DNA from: Phallusia mammillata
Lineage: Eukaryota
Reading direction: 5' to 3'
Assembly: GCA_965637545.1 (NCBI GenBank)
Contig: OZ281496.1
Location: 21,886,001-21,950,000 of the forward strand
Length of the DNA stretch: 64,000 nucleotides
The translations under genes and the position numbers were made by a program. Position 1 is the stretch's first letter, and the number at the start of each line of letters is the position of its first letter. Positions 24,728 through 37,782 of this stretch are shown one piece after another. The notes beneath the pieces were generated by a model. It searched no databases. It was not told where the DNA came from and was given only the letters and a program-made list of their open reading frames with translations.

Positions 24728-27010
24728 TGGTGATTAATCTTTTTAATCCGTTTACCTAGTTTAATAACAACAAAAGGTGATGACGGGTAGATACATCAAT
24801 TGTTTTAAATCCTACAGTGTATAGTTTTCATTGTCTACTTTTGTTTTTGCGTTGTTTACAGATAGTTTTGTGTGAAGTGATTGTTCCCAAATATTGGGAT
24901 TTCGAGAAAGGGGCGTGTTGAATTCTTCTCACAACTTACTGTTTGTCATCGGAAATTTCAATTACAACTTCGTATCCTGTGCCTAAACAGAACTTATAAT
25001 ACTATATATCAGTATACTTGTTCTCAATATAACACGTTTGTTATCAACTTGAAAAATACTAATTTTGTTTCCCTGGAGCTTGTTGATTTGTTGTTGTAAA
25101 AAACGCCAGTTGTTGTTTGGCAAACTAAGGGAACCACAACTTATGATTTGTCTGCTTGATGAATAACCGTGCTTGTGATTATAGTCTCTTAGGTGTTTGT
25201 CAAATCACAGAATAGTAAGACTACATGGTAACATGAGTTACGTAGATTGTTTACTGTCCCCTTTGTTTATGTTTTGTTTTACCTATCTTGAAGTCTGCGT
25301 TATATTTCAAGCCACAAATATATAACGAAAACTGTTCATTAGCAAAAATTTTTTATTTCTGGGTGATACTTATATGCATATTAGCGAAATATTGCACGAT
25401 TTTCAGAAAAACAAACAAAATAATTTTTGACTAATGCTAAATGTTTTATTACTGCATTATTGAATAAAAAGGACATAAATACTCCAAACAATTAACAAAG
25501 TGAAACTGTGCTTGGGACAGTTTGAGTCACTTGGAGTTGTTGGTTCATTGTTTAAGTCACACCTGTAGCTTCCCACGTAGTTTGTGCATTTCTGGTTGAA
25601 ACAAGGATTTGGTATTTGGTCGCATTCGTTAACATCTGTATATATAAATAAGAAAAGTCAGAAAACGGTGACTGCATTTTAGCCGGGAAACAATTGGTAT
25701 TTTATAATGACGCATTGCTTTTCATTCTTCTTGGTTTCATGGTGCCCCTAACTGCCCCTAAAGATTGAACGAGCGCCAATAAATAATAATTTAAAACTTG
25801 TATTGCTGACAGACATTTAAAAAACATAACACTTTTTTTTATAATGCAGCCTCAGCTAACAAAATAATCTGACTTTACTTAAACATTTCGCAGGTTAGTA
25901 TCTTTTTTATTAACGTGATTGCGTTTGCTCTACTATTTGCTAATAGCGCAGAAGTACCGATATATATATAGTTTATGGTGTTGGAAAGGTTTGTTATGCA
26001 TTCCAACAGGAAGATATGCTTCCTATACGTAGAAATTAGAGCCTAATCACTGTTAACAGGAACACTAGAGTAAGACTCCGCATACGGGTTTTACAGCAAC
26101 ATACAATATTGTTTTATAGCTTACCTCTTGGCGCTGGAAAGTTGATCCCTGTGTCTGAAAATATACAATTAGGCTGCAATGATGTCAAATTAAGTTATTT
26201 ATACAAGTCAAATCTATTAAGTAAATAATCATTCAGGGTTCCTGCTCATGGTTTGTTACATTACAGATGAAGAAAAATGCACTGCTCAGGGCAATGATAA
26301 GTTGCCGTCTCGCTTTTTGTTTGTTAGAAAAGCATTTCATCAGCCGCAGAGGTCCTTTATATACGTTTTAAAGTTGTGAATTTTTTTCCAATTGGATTTA
26401 TTTTTTTTGGAAAATAAGTCGTTTGCGTTTGCGAAATCCTAACTCAATTAGGCGTTTATTTGCTTACTGCGAGAAATCCACGAATACACCCAAGTGACTT
26501 CGGTAAAGAAAGAGTGTCCACCTCCACAAGCAGCACTAAAGCTACCTATGCCGTAGTGGTACCATGTTTGATCACCAACATCACACATTCACGGTCCTCC
26601 CCAGTCTCCCTGTAGTTACACAGTTTAGTATTGTATTTTGCCGTAAACTGGACAACGTTTTGTTAACAGTAAACGCTTGTGGCCTAAGTACAGAACAAAG
26701 TTGCAACAAATATAGCAAAAGGCACACAAATATTTTCACTTATTAGGACCAAGAACTTTGATACAACCATTCCCTTGCTATCCTTATATACTTGGCCACC
26801 TTGTTTTGTTAACATTAATCTTACAAATTCTAGCCTAGCCCTACAAAATGGCACGAATTTGCAAATTAGACATAATCGTCGTTAGCAACGCCTGAAGATA
26901 TTATAGAATACATGTTAAAATATCCTAAAGTAAAACTTTCTTACGAAACAGATGTCTTTGTTTGACGCAGTGGCACACATAATGTTGGGGGGAATTCCAC
27001 TGGAGTACTC
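24728..27010. repeat. Recent segmental duplicate of about 33858-36590
   Basis: Long near-identical non-coding stretches (twin spurious ORFs 24881-25099 and 34008-34226) plus duplicated G7 3' exons. Confidence 0.9.
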
Positions 27011-27012
27011 TT
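25457..27012 (-). pseudogene. G5: 3' fragment of a G7-like gene (partial exon 4, exon 5, linker, EGF-GPI exon)
   Basis: Exons: 26945-about 27012 (..EYSSGIPPNIMCATASNKDICF, 5' truncated), 26468-26609 (GDWGGP* with in-frame TGA), 26125-26154, 25457-25635. No signal peptide or exons 1-3 lie upstream. Confidence 0.85.
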
Positions 27013-27021
27013 CCAACTACA

Positions 27022-27790
27022 TGCCTTTGTTATCCGTGCGGCGCGAAGCTAGGTTTTGATTTAAGCTGTTGGTGGTTGATGCACAAATATTTATTTGTTG
27101 ACAGAACACTGGTTTCACTCTGACAATGTGTACCTTAAGGTACTGTTTTTCATGTGCAGCAAATATTCCGGGTTGACAGGTTATATGTGTTGCAAAAACA
27201 GGCTAAAAACACACACTGTTTGCGCTTGAAAGTTGTACAAGTACTACTTGAATGAACGTATAAACATGCCATATTTTAGAGGTTGGCACGCAAAGTCATT
27301 TTTTATGACGTGCCAACGTTAAGCGGGTTTATATTCAAGTTGTGAACAAAATTTTTACTGATACACTGCTTGTTTTATTTGGTTGTTATGCAATAGTTTT
27401 AAAATCCAGCCTTCTTTCGCAAATATGTCTGCTTTCTAATTACACTTGTGCGCAGCTAGCAAAAACCGAAATTAACAAACAAATTGGCAGGCAGCTCTGA
27501 AAAGGTTGCCGACCCCTTAAATATATCTGCAATTGGCAGTGTACTCGAGTTATAGTGGATAAATATTGGCCTAATTAATGAAACCGGGTTTTCGACTTCC
27601 CGACTTCGAATGGTTTTGCGTGTTTTAGTCACTGATGCATAAGGAGGTGATACTCTTGGTTAGTGTACTGCACACAAATGTGAGTGTACTCTCTGGTGCG
27701 GCCTATGCTGATCTTTCATACCGCTTATGGCACAAACTGTCCTGTAACTGTGATTTATTTTGAACAGTCACTGTAGTGATTTACGTTTGC
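27022..27790. repeat. Duplicate of the G2 upstream region (about 9518-10240)
   Basis: Collinear similarity from CTTTGTTATCCGTGCGGC to TATGGCACAAA. It includes a decayed hAT end (AAAAGGTTGCCGACCCCT, about 27500-27518). Confidence 0.8.
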
Positions 27791-28078
27791 CGGTGTTGAT
27801 AAAGGCTTGTCCTGCGATTTTTGTGATAATAAATAGCCTTTTCAAAGTTTATTTCACTTCGAAAATTCTCTCGATTTTTTTACAACCAAAAAGCAACGAT
27901 TGTCAAACTTTGAGTTCGCCGATCCGTTTAGAAAACAATAAAGCCAAAGTATGTTTAAGTTCTTGAGAAATACATTAAAAACCCAATATGGTTATGTGTC
28001 GCAGGAAAAAAACATAAAATCACACTTTTACAGTAAATATTACACACAGGAATTTAAGCAATGTTTCATTTCTCATGA

Positions 28079-31000
28079 CTACATAACTGAATGAAGACCG
28101 ATACAAATAGTCCAAGTAACCATCATAAAGAAACTGTATTTGGGACAGTTTGAGTCACATGTGTAGCTTCCCACATAGTTTGTGCATTTTTTGTTTGGAC
28201 AAGGATTTGGTGTTTGGTCGCATTCGTTAACGTCTGCAAAGAATGGAAAGGATGTTCAGTGAAGAAAAAAGGAAAATACAAAGATGTTTAGTTTATACAG
28301 CTTACCGCTAGGTGCTGAGAACTCGAGACCCGTTTCTGAAAATATATAATTTTTTTTGCTTTGTTATCTGGGCTATGCATGTCACAAAACGCACATCCGC
28401 ACATTATAAAATGAAAGGTTATAATTAAGCTACTAAAAGTTTCTGTTCTCTCAGATTGATGTATCGTCTGTTCTTATTGCTTTTAGCATTTCTAATCCAT
28501 ACAGTAACGATTTGTTTGCCTTGTCTTTATTTGCTTACTGGAAGAAATCCATGAATACACTTCAGTTACTTCAGTGAAGTAGGAATATCCTTCTCCGCAG
28601 GTGCCCTCACTAAAGCTGCTTATACCATACTGGTACCATGTATGGTTGCCAACATCGCACATTAACGGTCCTCCCCAGTCACGCTGTAAAAAACCTGTCG
28701 TTAGCGACTTGTTGTGAGTGAAATAAAAAAATCCTACACTAAACCTTCAGAATATAAAAACTGGGTGCACCTTGTAAATTATTGCTCAGTGCGCTCACTT
28801 ATGGTGAAGTCAAAAACGCTTTTTGAGCGAAACTACAACGAAGCTGATGGTATAAGTCTGAAATATTTTGAAGTACTTTCTACGTTTTTTCGCGCGTACG
28901 CGGAATAATCATAGCGCTGTTTGTGATACCAGTATAAATGGCATTATGAATGTACACCTCTTCAACCGTTAATTTTGCAGCAATTCACGTTTTGCGTTCA
29001 TATCCCACACCAAATTTACTTGAAGTCATCAGTTACCAAATCATGGCTCTAAAAGAAAACTTAATACTGTTTTATCACAAACCAAGAGTACCATCAAGTT
29101 TCCACATATAAAAAACACTTATTTTTGAACTAAATCATAGTACGCCAGGCCCATTGATGACTCCCCAAAAATTCGTATAGATTTTTCTAGTCGTCACCTT
29201 GCGATATGGGAGTGCTTGGGAGACCTGCTTGACTCAGGATAACGCTTTTAATGGGCCTGGCGTATACTATGGTTTGGGAACGAGTATGCCATGATCGATG
29301 GTCAACAGGACGTTTCATGGCTGATCCAAGTATAAATGTAGTCATCTTAGTAATTTTAAACTCTTTAAGGTTTTTTAATGTACTAACCTTTTTTTCTCAC
29401 GAAAGTTTTATTTGTGTGAGCCAAGTTGAGAATTTTTGACATAAAAAGTCACAGGTAGTTGTAGATATCTAGTAAACTACGGAGAAAGATAAACAAGTTT
29501 GCTTCTAACCGAACAGGTGTCTTTGTATCTCGCGGTGGCACACATAATGCTAGAAGGAATTCCACTTGAATATGAGCCTATGAACGTAAGGTACTCCGAA
29601 TTGCAATATGAATCTGTTTTAATCTCAAGTTCAACTTCTTTCAGACTAGATGATGCAGAAGTGGAAAAGTCTGAAAATGTAAAATGTGTAACATAGTTTC
29701 CGCAAATAACTTTACCAAGTCCCAGGTTACCAAGATGATAAATCACTTGACAGTCAAATGGTGAATTTGCGTTGATCGAAACAGGATATAACAGAAAACA
29801 CAGCCTTGCTTCATGTTGGTAAAATAAAAATAAAGCTTTGCAAGCGCACAGTAAATTCTATCGGCATCTTTTCAAAATGTATTTAACCAAGTAACCAAAT
29901 AAGTACAAAGAGTCAAGTCTAATTTTTCCGTTAAGGCATATCCTACCGTTTGTTCGTCCCCAACCGGCAAAGTAGCATTTTGTACCGGGAGCCATCTTGT
30001 AATCTGCTCCTGGTGGCAGACATATTGGTTTTACAATGGAGTTAAACTTAATACCCGTTGACAATTTCAAAAGTGCCACATCGTTGCCCTTTGAGTAATC
30101 TCTGCAAGAACACACTTTAGTGTATTTGTGTCGTAAGTAGGTATACTTGTTGTATGAAGCCTTGCTAGACGTCCATTGAACAATGGCACTATAGTTGTTA
30201 GACCCTTAAAACTGATTGAACGTTGAGTTATTTTTTGCGCGTCTATAAGACTGGCTGAAAAATACGGGCTCGGAGGAGAGATATAGGCAATCGATAGCCC
30301 TTCAGCGCTTTGACGTACCTACAACGATGCTATTTTTATATAGATTTGCTATTTTAATTCGGGTAAATGATGCAATTTAACATTTCTTACATAAAGCTGG
30401 AATGTGTTATTTTCTGCTGCACTGCAAACACCTGTTGTGTAGATGCATATGAGAGTCTTTTTCTTCCTACGATGACCATCAACCTTGAAAACGGACACAT
30501 TTTTATTTGTGTTTGTAAAACACTACTGGTGATTAAGAAATATAGGCTATTTACGTGTCTGACGGCTTGAAACAGTCAGCTCCAGTTAAAACCCATCGTT
30601 CAGACAAAATGCTTCCTCCGCATATAAACTCTGTGGAGATGCCTTTTTTGTAAATTTGAGCCATCCATGGCCACCAACCAGTCGTTGCTGTAGAACCCCC
30701 GTAAATTCTTCCGCTCTGCATATAGCTCGTAATGTTTAAATCACCTTCATGTTATAGGTGTCGATCTGTAACTTATGTCGTTAACAGTTACAGTTATTTA
30801 TTTATCGCCGTAAGGCTAAGCAACATCCTACTGAGATATGTTTAAAATGATTCTGAAATAGGTTTGTCTTTGTTGTTTCGTTTTTAATTTAATGTGTCTT
30901 TAGAGGGTTTGGTGTAGCCACAAACCCGTTAAATTAAAAAGGTGCAAGTTCAAGGCAACTTTAGAATGAAATTTTAAGAAAAATTGTCAACCAACACTGT

Positions 31001-33762
31001 ACCAACTTGACAGTTAAAATCAGAAAGTTCCATTAACTGCGTGATATATACTTACTGTTGTCATGTCGCGCTTTCCACAGCTTACGGGTTCTGAAAATAC
31101 ATTAGTATTTGTCTCACTGTGGATTAGTTTCGGATTTCTTGCAAAATTGAATCACTTTTTTGATTAATGTGTCTGTTTTGTCGTTAAATTATTTACAATA
31201 CCAAAATCAACTATACGAGGCTTGTCTGAATCGTTTAAGCTTTACAAAGAAAATAGCCAAACTGGAAATTGTTTTAAAAGGAAATAGTTCTGTGCGAGCC
31301 ATTTTTTCTACCAAGGTCTTCTTCGTTGCAATTTCAGTTCGCTAAAATAACACTTACTGCACACCGGTGGATCAGCAGACCAGCCATATTCTCCACAAGT
31401 CGAAGTAAGCGAACTTCCGAACGGTTCATATCCACTTGCACATGTAAACGTTATGACGTCACCCGACTTATAACTTGACTTTGATGGCACAATCCCTCCA
31501 TACTGAGACGACTTTGGTTGTAAACAAATTATAGCTGCACAATTAATAGATTGTCATGTTACAGTACTCTATTACATTACCGTAACATTACAGTATTTAA
31601 TTGAAACAAAAAATAGTGTTTATAAAACAACATCTTACACTGTCACTGCATGCATTTGCAACATTATGAATGATAAATTAAGAGACAGTAGCAGGACTTA
31701 AAGTGGTCAAACTAGATTTTATTGGTGGAAGTTGTTCGATTTAACATGCATATGAAGATTTGGAGCATTTTTGATGATATTTATAATTGTACAGTTTTTG
31801 TGTTCTTTTGGCAAATTGCAAGTAGTCTATACCTTTACATGTTGTGGTAGTTTTTGACCAGATTCCCTTGCCGTCAGTCTCTGTACACGTTGTCGAGCTG
31901 TTTCCTATCAACTTAAACCCACTGTTGCAGCCGATTGTTACAGTTTTGTTCAACGCGAACACGTTGTAATCTGGTGTTATTGTTACGTTTGGAACGGTCG
32001 GTCTTGAGCAGGTAACAACTACATAAAACAACATGCGTAAAGTTCTACTAAGAATTTCATTTCAATATTTTACTAAATGCTTTTTGCCATTGTGCCACAA
32101 AGTATGTGTTTACAATGTAAACGAATTACTGAGGCCCTGTAAACCATTTATGTATAAAGCTGTTGTCATAAATTTACTGCTTGGGATATGTACAAAACCG
32201 TCCTTCTAAATTTTGCTTTACTTTTATGTTTGAGCTTTTATCCAGAACTAAGTATAAAGCTTGTTCTTACTGTTTGGTGAATGGAACTCCAGTCCAGTAA
32301 CTGTGATAAAAACATTGTTATGTTGTATCAATGGGTTAAATAAAATATGTGTCGGGCCTACCTTGAAAAATCCAGTTGTAAACATACGATGTTGTGGTTA
32401 AAAAACTAGGTCCTTCCCTACACCCCACTATCCCGAATCTGTACAAACCGTATTGATACCATGTTTGGTTTCGATCTTGGCACATAAGGGGGCCTCCACC
32501 ATCTCCCTACACCAACACCAAACTAAGTAACATTAGGAATCAACAAGGTAAATTCCGTGCTTACTTGGCAAATATCTTTGTTACGTGTTTCTACACACAT
32601 GAGACTTTGTGGAATTCCTCCCTTTGGCGCAAATAAAATGGTCTTAAAAATTCCTTCGCAATATGAATTGCTTTTTACATTTAGCTCCACTTCCCGTAGC
32701 TTGTCTGATGTAGTGTCATCTGGATTGTTAAAGTGTTAAGTTTAGCAGTGGTTACAATACCATTGTTTCCTTACCAGATATTTTTCCGAAGCCAGCAAAA
32801 ACGCATTTGGTTTCTGGTGGTACAGAGTAAGATGTTCCTGGGGGTAGGCAGATTGGACCAACAAACTCGCTAAACGTAATGTTGGATGACAATTTTAAAA
32901 GTGCCACATCGTTGCCAAGAAGGGCGTTTCCAAAAATATAACGTCTATGAAAAATATTGTTGTCAGGGTTATTTTTTTTGGATTTTTACTGTTTAATTGA
33001 GACTTACGTGTAGTTTGGATGCGTGTATTTTCCTGCTACAAGTATTTCCTCTTGAGTCGATTCAATAAAAGATTTTGAATTCGTCCCCACTATAACCATC
33101 AGTCTAAAACAAAAAATCATAAGCAACCCCAGTCCTTAAATGGAATTTATATTGGATTCAATTGGTTTAGTGCTAAACTATGTTTCAACGGAACTGACAT
33201 ACCACCAACTTATTAAAGTTATATAAGCCTTTATTGGCATCATACACACAGCGGCAAGAAGTAAATGACATTTGTTACCTGGAATTAGTTAACTTACTGA
33301 TCGAAATAGCTAAAGCATCCAGCAGAAGTCAAAACCCAGTTTTCTGACAGTATGCTTCCTGTACATACTGCTTGAGTGATGTCACCACCAACTTTTCCTA
33401 TAATCGCCAACCAAGGCCATGATCCGTTTGCAGACACAGTACCACCGAATACTCTTCCTTTCTGTTATGTAAAAAAAACTTTATTCTTCAGCAAAATTAT
33501 ACAAACTGTAGTTGAAATTAACTAGGTCTTAAAACAAACAAGTCTCAGGTACAAATAAAAGATCTTTCGATCAAATTATAACTATTTCAGCATGCAGTAC
33601 AACTTACCACACTAAATTCCTTCGGGCGCTGTCCACAGGTTTGTAATGAATTAGCTGCAAATAAAAATATCTGCAGAAATGTATGCATTGCAAGAAAGTT
33701 CTATTCATACCTGATAACACCGTGACTGAGAAAACGAGAAGCCAGCTTAATGTATTCCACAT
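28079..33762 (-). CDS. G6: two-domain poly-pseudoprotease, SP-PSP-2xCCP-PSP-EGF-GPI (718 aa)
   Basis: Exons: 33711-33762, 33608-33654, 33298-33461 (TSAGC), 33008-33103, 32775-32944, 32565-32719, 32362-32506 (GDGGGP), 32271-32300, 31833-32018 and 31358-31534 (CCP), 31056-31090, 30555-30715 (TGADC), 30391-30483, 29947-30101, 29510-29670, 28539-28683 (RDWGGP), 28306-28335, 28079-28233. Total 2157 nt, open. Confidence 0.88.
29143..29262. mobile_element. Small MITE with TA target duplication (Tc1/mariner-like)
   Basis: Perfect inverted repeat TACGCCAGGCCCATT / AATGGGCCTGGCGTA around a short core. Confidence 0.65.
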
Positions 33763-35214
33763 TGTTTGCTTCGTGTTTTACCAAAACGCTTCAGATATAC
33801 CCCAAACACTGTATTAGGTGAGAAACCAAATGTCAGTTATGCCAAGAATGTTTGTAGTGATTAATCTCTTCAATCCGTTTACCTAGTTTAATAACAACAA
33901 AAGGTGGTGACGTGTAGATACATCGATTGTTTTAAATCCTACAGTGTATAGTTTTCATTGTCTACTTTTGTTTTTGCGTTGTTTACAGATAGTTTTGTGT
34001 GAAGTAATTGTTCCCAAATATTGGGATTTCGAGAAAAGGGCGTGTTGAATTCTTCTCACAACTTACTGTTTGTCATCGGAAATTTCAATTACAACTTCGT
34101 ATCCTGTGCCTAAACAGAATTTATAATACTATATATCAGTATACTTGTTCTCAATATAACACGTTTCTTATCAACTTGAAAAATACTAATTTTGTTTCCC
34201 TGGAGCTTGTTGATTTGTTGTTGTGAAAAACGCCAGTTGTTGTTTGGCAAACTAAGGGAACCACAACTTATGATTTGTCTACTTGATGAATAACCGTGCT
34301 TGTGATTATAGTCTCTTAGGTGTTTGTCAATTCACAGAATAGTAAGACTACATGGTAACATGAGTTACGTAGATTGTTTACTGTCCCCTTTGTTTATGTT
34401 TTGTTTTACCTATCTTGAAGTCTGTGTTATATTTCAAGCCACAAATATATAACGAAAACTGTTCATTAGCAAATTTTTTTTATTTCTGGGTGATACTTAT
34501 ATGCGTATTAGCGAAATATTGCACGATTTTCAGAAAAACATAAGTTACAAAAATTTTTTGACTAATGCTAAATGTTTTATTACTGCATTATTGAATAAAA
34601 AGGACATAAATACTCCAAACAATTAACAAAGTGAAACTGTGCTTGGTACAGTTTGAGTCACTTGGAGTTGTTGGTTCATTGTTTAAGTCACAGCTGTAGC
34701 TTCCTACGTAGTTTGTGCATTTCTGGTTGAAACAAGGATTTGGTATTTGGTCGCATTCGTTAACATCTGTATATATAAATAAGAAAAGTCAGAAAACGGT
34801 GACTGCATTTAAGCCGGGAAACAATTGGTATTTTATAATGACGCATTGCTTTTCATTCTTCTTGGTTTCATGATACCCTTAATTGTCCCTAAAGTTAAAA
34901 CGTGCGCCAATAAATAGTAATTTAAAAACTTGTATTACTGATAGAAATTAGCCCTTTTTTATAATGAACATAACACTTTTTTATAATGCACCCTCAGCTA
35001 ACAAATAATCTGACTTAACATGATATCGCAGTTCAGAACCTTCTTTATTAACCTGATTGCGTTTGCCCTACTGTTACTATTTGCTAATAGCGCAGAAGTA
35101 CCGAGAGTTATAAAGTTTATGGTGTTGGAAAGGTTTGTTATGCATTCCAACAGGAAGAGTTGCTTCCTATACGTAGAAATTAGAGCCTAATCACTGTTAA
35201 CAGGAACACTAGAG

Positions 35215-35678
35215 CAGGGGTCCGCAAATACTTTTTGGCGCGACCCTAAAAAATCGCTCTAAATTCTCTCGACCCAAGCATCAAGTCTGTGGAAAATACT
35301 AATCAACTAAATATCAATATTAAGACTGCTATTATGCTATTGTCAGTTGCTATTTTCACATAAAGCAGTAGGTAAACGAACGTATTTATTCTAACAAATG
35401 AAAAACTGTGGGCTCTGTTTTGAGAACGCAGCTAATCAGAAAACGCATGCTTGCATAGGTGCGCTTTAACTTTTTGCATTGTTACATAACCTCTCTCACA
35501 GTATACGTAGTCATACGTAACAATGCAATAATGATTAAAAGGTTGAATAAAGCCCAAAATTCATTAATACTGTAGATGCGATGCTTATATTCATGGGAAA
35601 TTTGAAATATTTCGCGACCCAGACTATAAGGTCTCGCGACCCAAATTTGGGTCGCGACCCACTATTTGCGGACCCCTG
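35215..35678. mobile_element. hAT (Buster-like) MITE, young insertion
   Basis: TIR CAGGGGTCCGCAAATA; exact TSD CACTAGAG. The paralogous empty site with a single CACTAGAG is at 26063-26070. Confidence 0.95.
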
Positions 35679-36645
35679 CACTAGAGTAAGACTCCGCATA
35701 CGGGTTTTACAGCAACATACAATATTGTTTTATAGCTTACCCCTTGGCGCTGGAAAGTTGATCCCTGTGTCTGAAAATATACCATTAGGCTGCAATGATG
35801 TCAAATTAAGTTATTTATAGAAGTCAAATCTATTAAGTAAATAATTATGATTATAATCATTTAGGGTTCCTGCTCATGGTTTGTTACATTACAGATGAAG
35901 AAAAATGCACTGCTCAGGGCAGTGATAAGTTCGCTTTTTGTTTGTTAGAAAAGCATTTCATTGGCCGCAGAGCCCTTTATATACGTTTTAAAGTTGTGAA
36001 TTTTTTCCAATTGGTTTCAATTTTTATGGAAAATAAGTCGTTTGCGTTTGCGATATCCTAACTCAATTAGGCGTTTATTTGCTTACTGCGAGAAATCCAC
36101 GAATACATTTCAGTGACTTCGGTAAAGAAAGAATGTCCTTTTCCACAGGTGCCATCACTAAAGCTGCCTATACCATACTGGTACCATGTTTGATCACCAA
36201 CATCACACATCAACGGTCCTCCCCAGTCTCCCTGTAGTTACACAATTTAGGATTGTATTTGGACGTAAACTGGGCAACGTTTTGTTACCAGTAAACACTT
36301 GTGGCCAAGTGCAGAACGAAGTTGCAACAAATATTGCAAAGGGCACACAAATATTTTCACTTATTAGGACCAAGAACTTTGACACAACCATTACCTTGCT
36401 ATCCTTATGTAATTGGCCACACCGTTTTGTTAACATTAATCTTACAAATTCTAGCAATACAAAATGGCATGAATTGCAAATTAGACATGCCCGTCTTTAG
36501 CAAGGCATGAAGATATTAAAGAACACATAGTAAAGTAAAACTTTCTTACGAGACAGATGTCTTTGTTTGACGCAGTGGCACACGTAATGGTGGAAGGAAT
36601 TCCACTGGAGTGTGCCCCTTTGAAACGAAGGTAGTCCGATTCGCA

Positions 36646-36770
36646 AAGGGCAGGAACTTGGCCAAATGGTCCGGCGCGCCTGACCCATATACAGACATAA
36701 AAAAACCTGATCGGGATTCGTCCCCGGGAGAGACCTGGGTTCGAACCCCGTGAAAAAAAAAAATATATAT
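36646..36770 (+). mobile_element. tRNA-derived SINE inserted in a coding exon
   Basis: A-box TGGCCAAATGG (36659-36669), B-box GGTTCGAACCC (36738-36748), poly-A/(TA)n tail; second copy at 53993-54102. Confidence 0.85.
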
Positions 36771-37782
36771 ATATGAATCTGTTTTAATCTCCAGTTGTAC
36801 TTCTTTCAGATATTTTGACAACAACTTGTGGTAATCTAAGGGGGAAAAACTCATCTTTAACATTTGCAATGATTATGTCAAGTGCTAGTTGAGATGCAGT
36901 CCGAAATAGGCAATGTACGTGGTTTATTGGTTAAGATTTGATTTTGTGTCACTTAAAGCAAAAAACAGTACAAAATGATTGTCCTTACTAAAACACTGTA
37001 AGCTTTTCAAAACCGTTACGGAAAATCAATATGTTTTCGACAAATAAAACAAGCTTAAATAAATAAACATATTACCGACTCTTCGTCCCCAGCCTGCAAA
37101 GTAGCATTTTGTTCCGGGAGCCATTTTGTAATTTTGTCCAGGAGGTAAGCAAATAGGCTGCACAAAGGAATTAAACTGAATGTTGCGTACCAATTTCAGT
37201 AGAGCCACATCGTATCCTTTGGCGTAATGTCTGTGCAAACGTATATGGTCCCATTAGATAAAATGGTTTATTTAATCTGTTTTATTTTTGGCTGCTGGCA
37301 CATACAAAAAGGTTTACGGCAACATTTACAACAAAAACACGGTTTATATTTATGTTTATTAGACGTATTTTAAGTGATGTGACTGCAAGATTGACTTACT
37401 GCGATAATAATCCCTCGTTATGAGTACCGCCAAATTTTAGACTCTGAATATGCTAAATTACGTACGTTAGGTTCAAGCCTGAAACTAAGTAGGTAGAGTT
37501 GTGCGTTATAACTTAGGGAAGATAAAAATACCATCCTAATTATCGTGTAGTTGGTTAAGTGGTAGCAAACCCATGCTGAAAGAACAATACTTCTGATTCG
37601 CGTTCCGTGCATGCTATTCTGCGGTTTTTAGTTTCTGTCATGTATTTTCGGACGTGCTGGGGTTCTGTTTTATTGGCACATATGACAATTTTTTACATGT
37701 TACACACAAAATCAAGTCAAAAGACTAAAAGTTCTAATTCTTCTCTACTCTTTTAGGTTTTAGGGTGAAGGTTTGTTTAGAC

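Noticed and set aside
26589-26591. In-frame TGA in G5 as selenocysteine or readthrough
   Set aside because: It aligns to Leu in all paralogs, and G5 lacks its 5' exons. An ordinary nonsense change is simpler.
24881-34226. Twin 72-aa plus-strand ORFs (24881-25099 and 34008-34226) as a conserved small gene
   Set aside because: Their identity is explained by the recent duplication. The flanking non-coding DNA is equally identical, and there is no ATG start or recognisable motif.
36646-36770. Functional tRNA gene
   Set aside because: It has A and B boxes but no convincing acceptor stem. It has a poly-A tail, a diverged second copy, and sits inside a coding exon, so it is a SINE.
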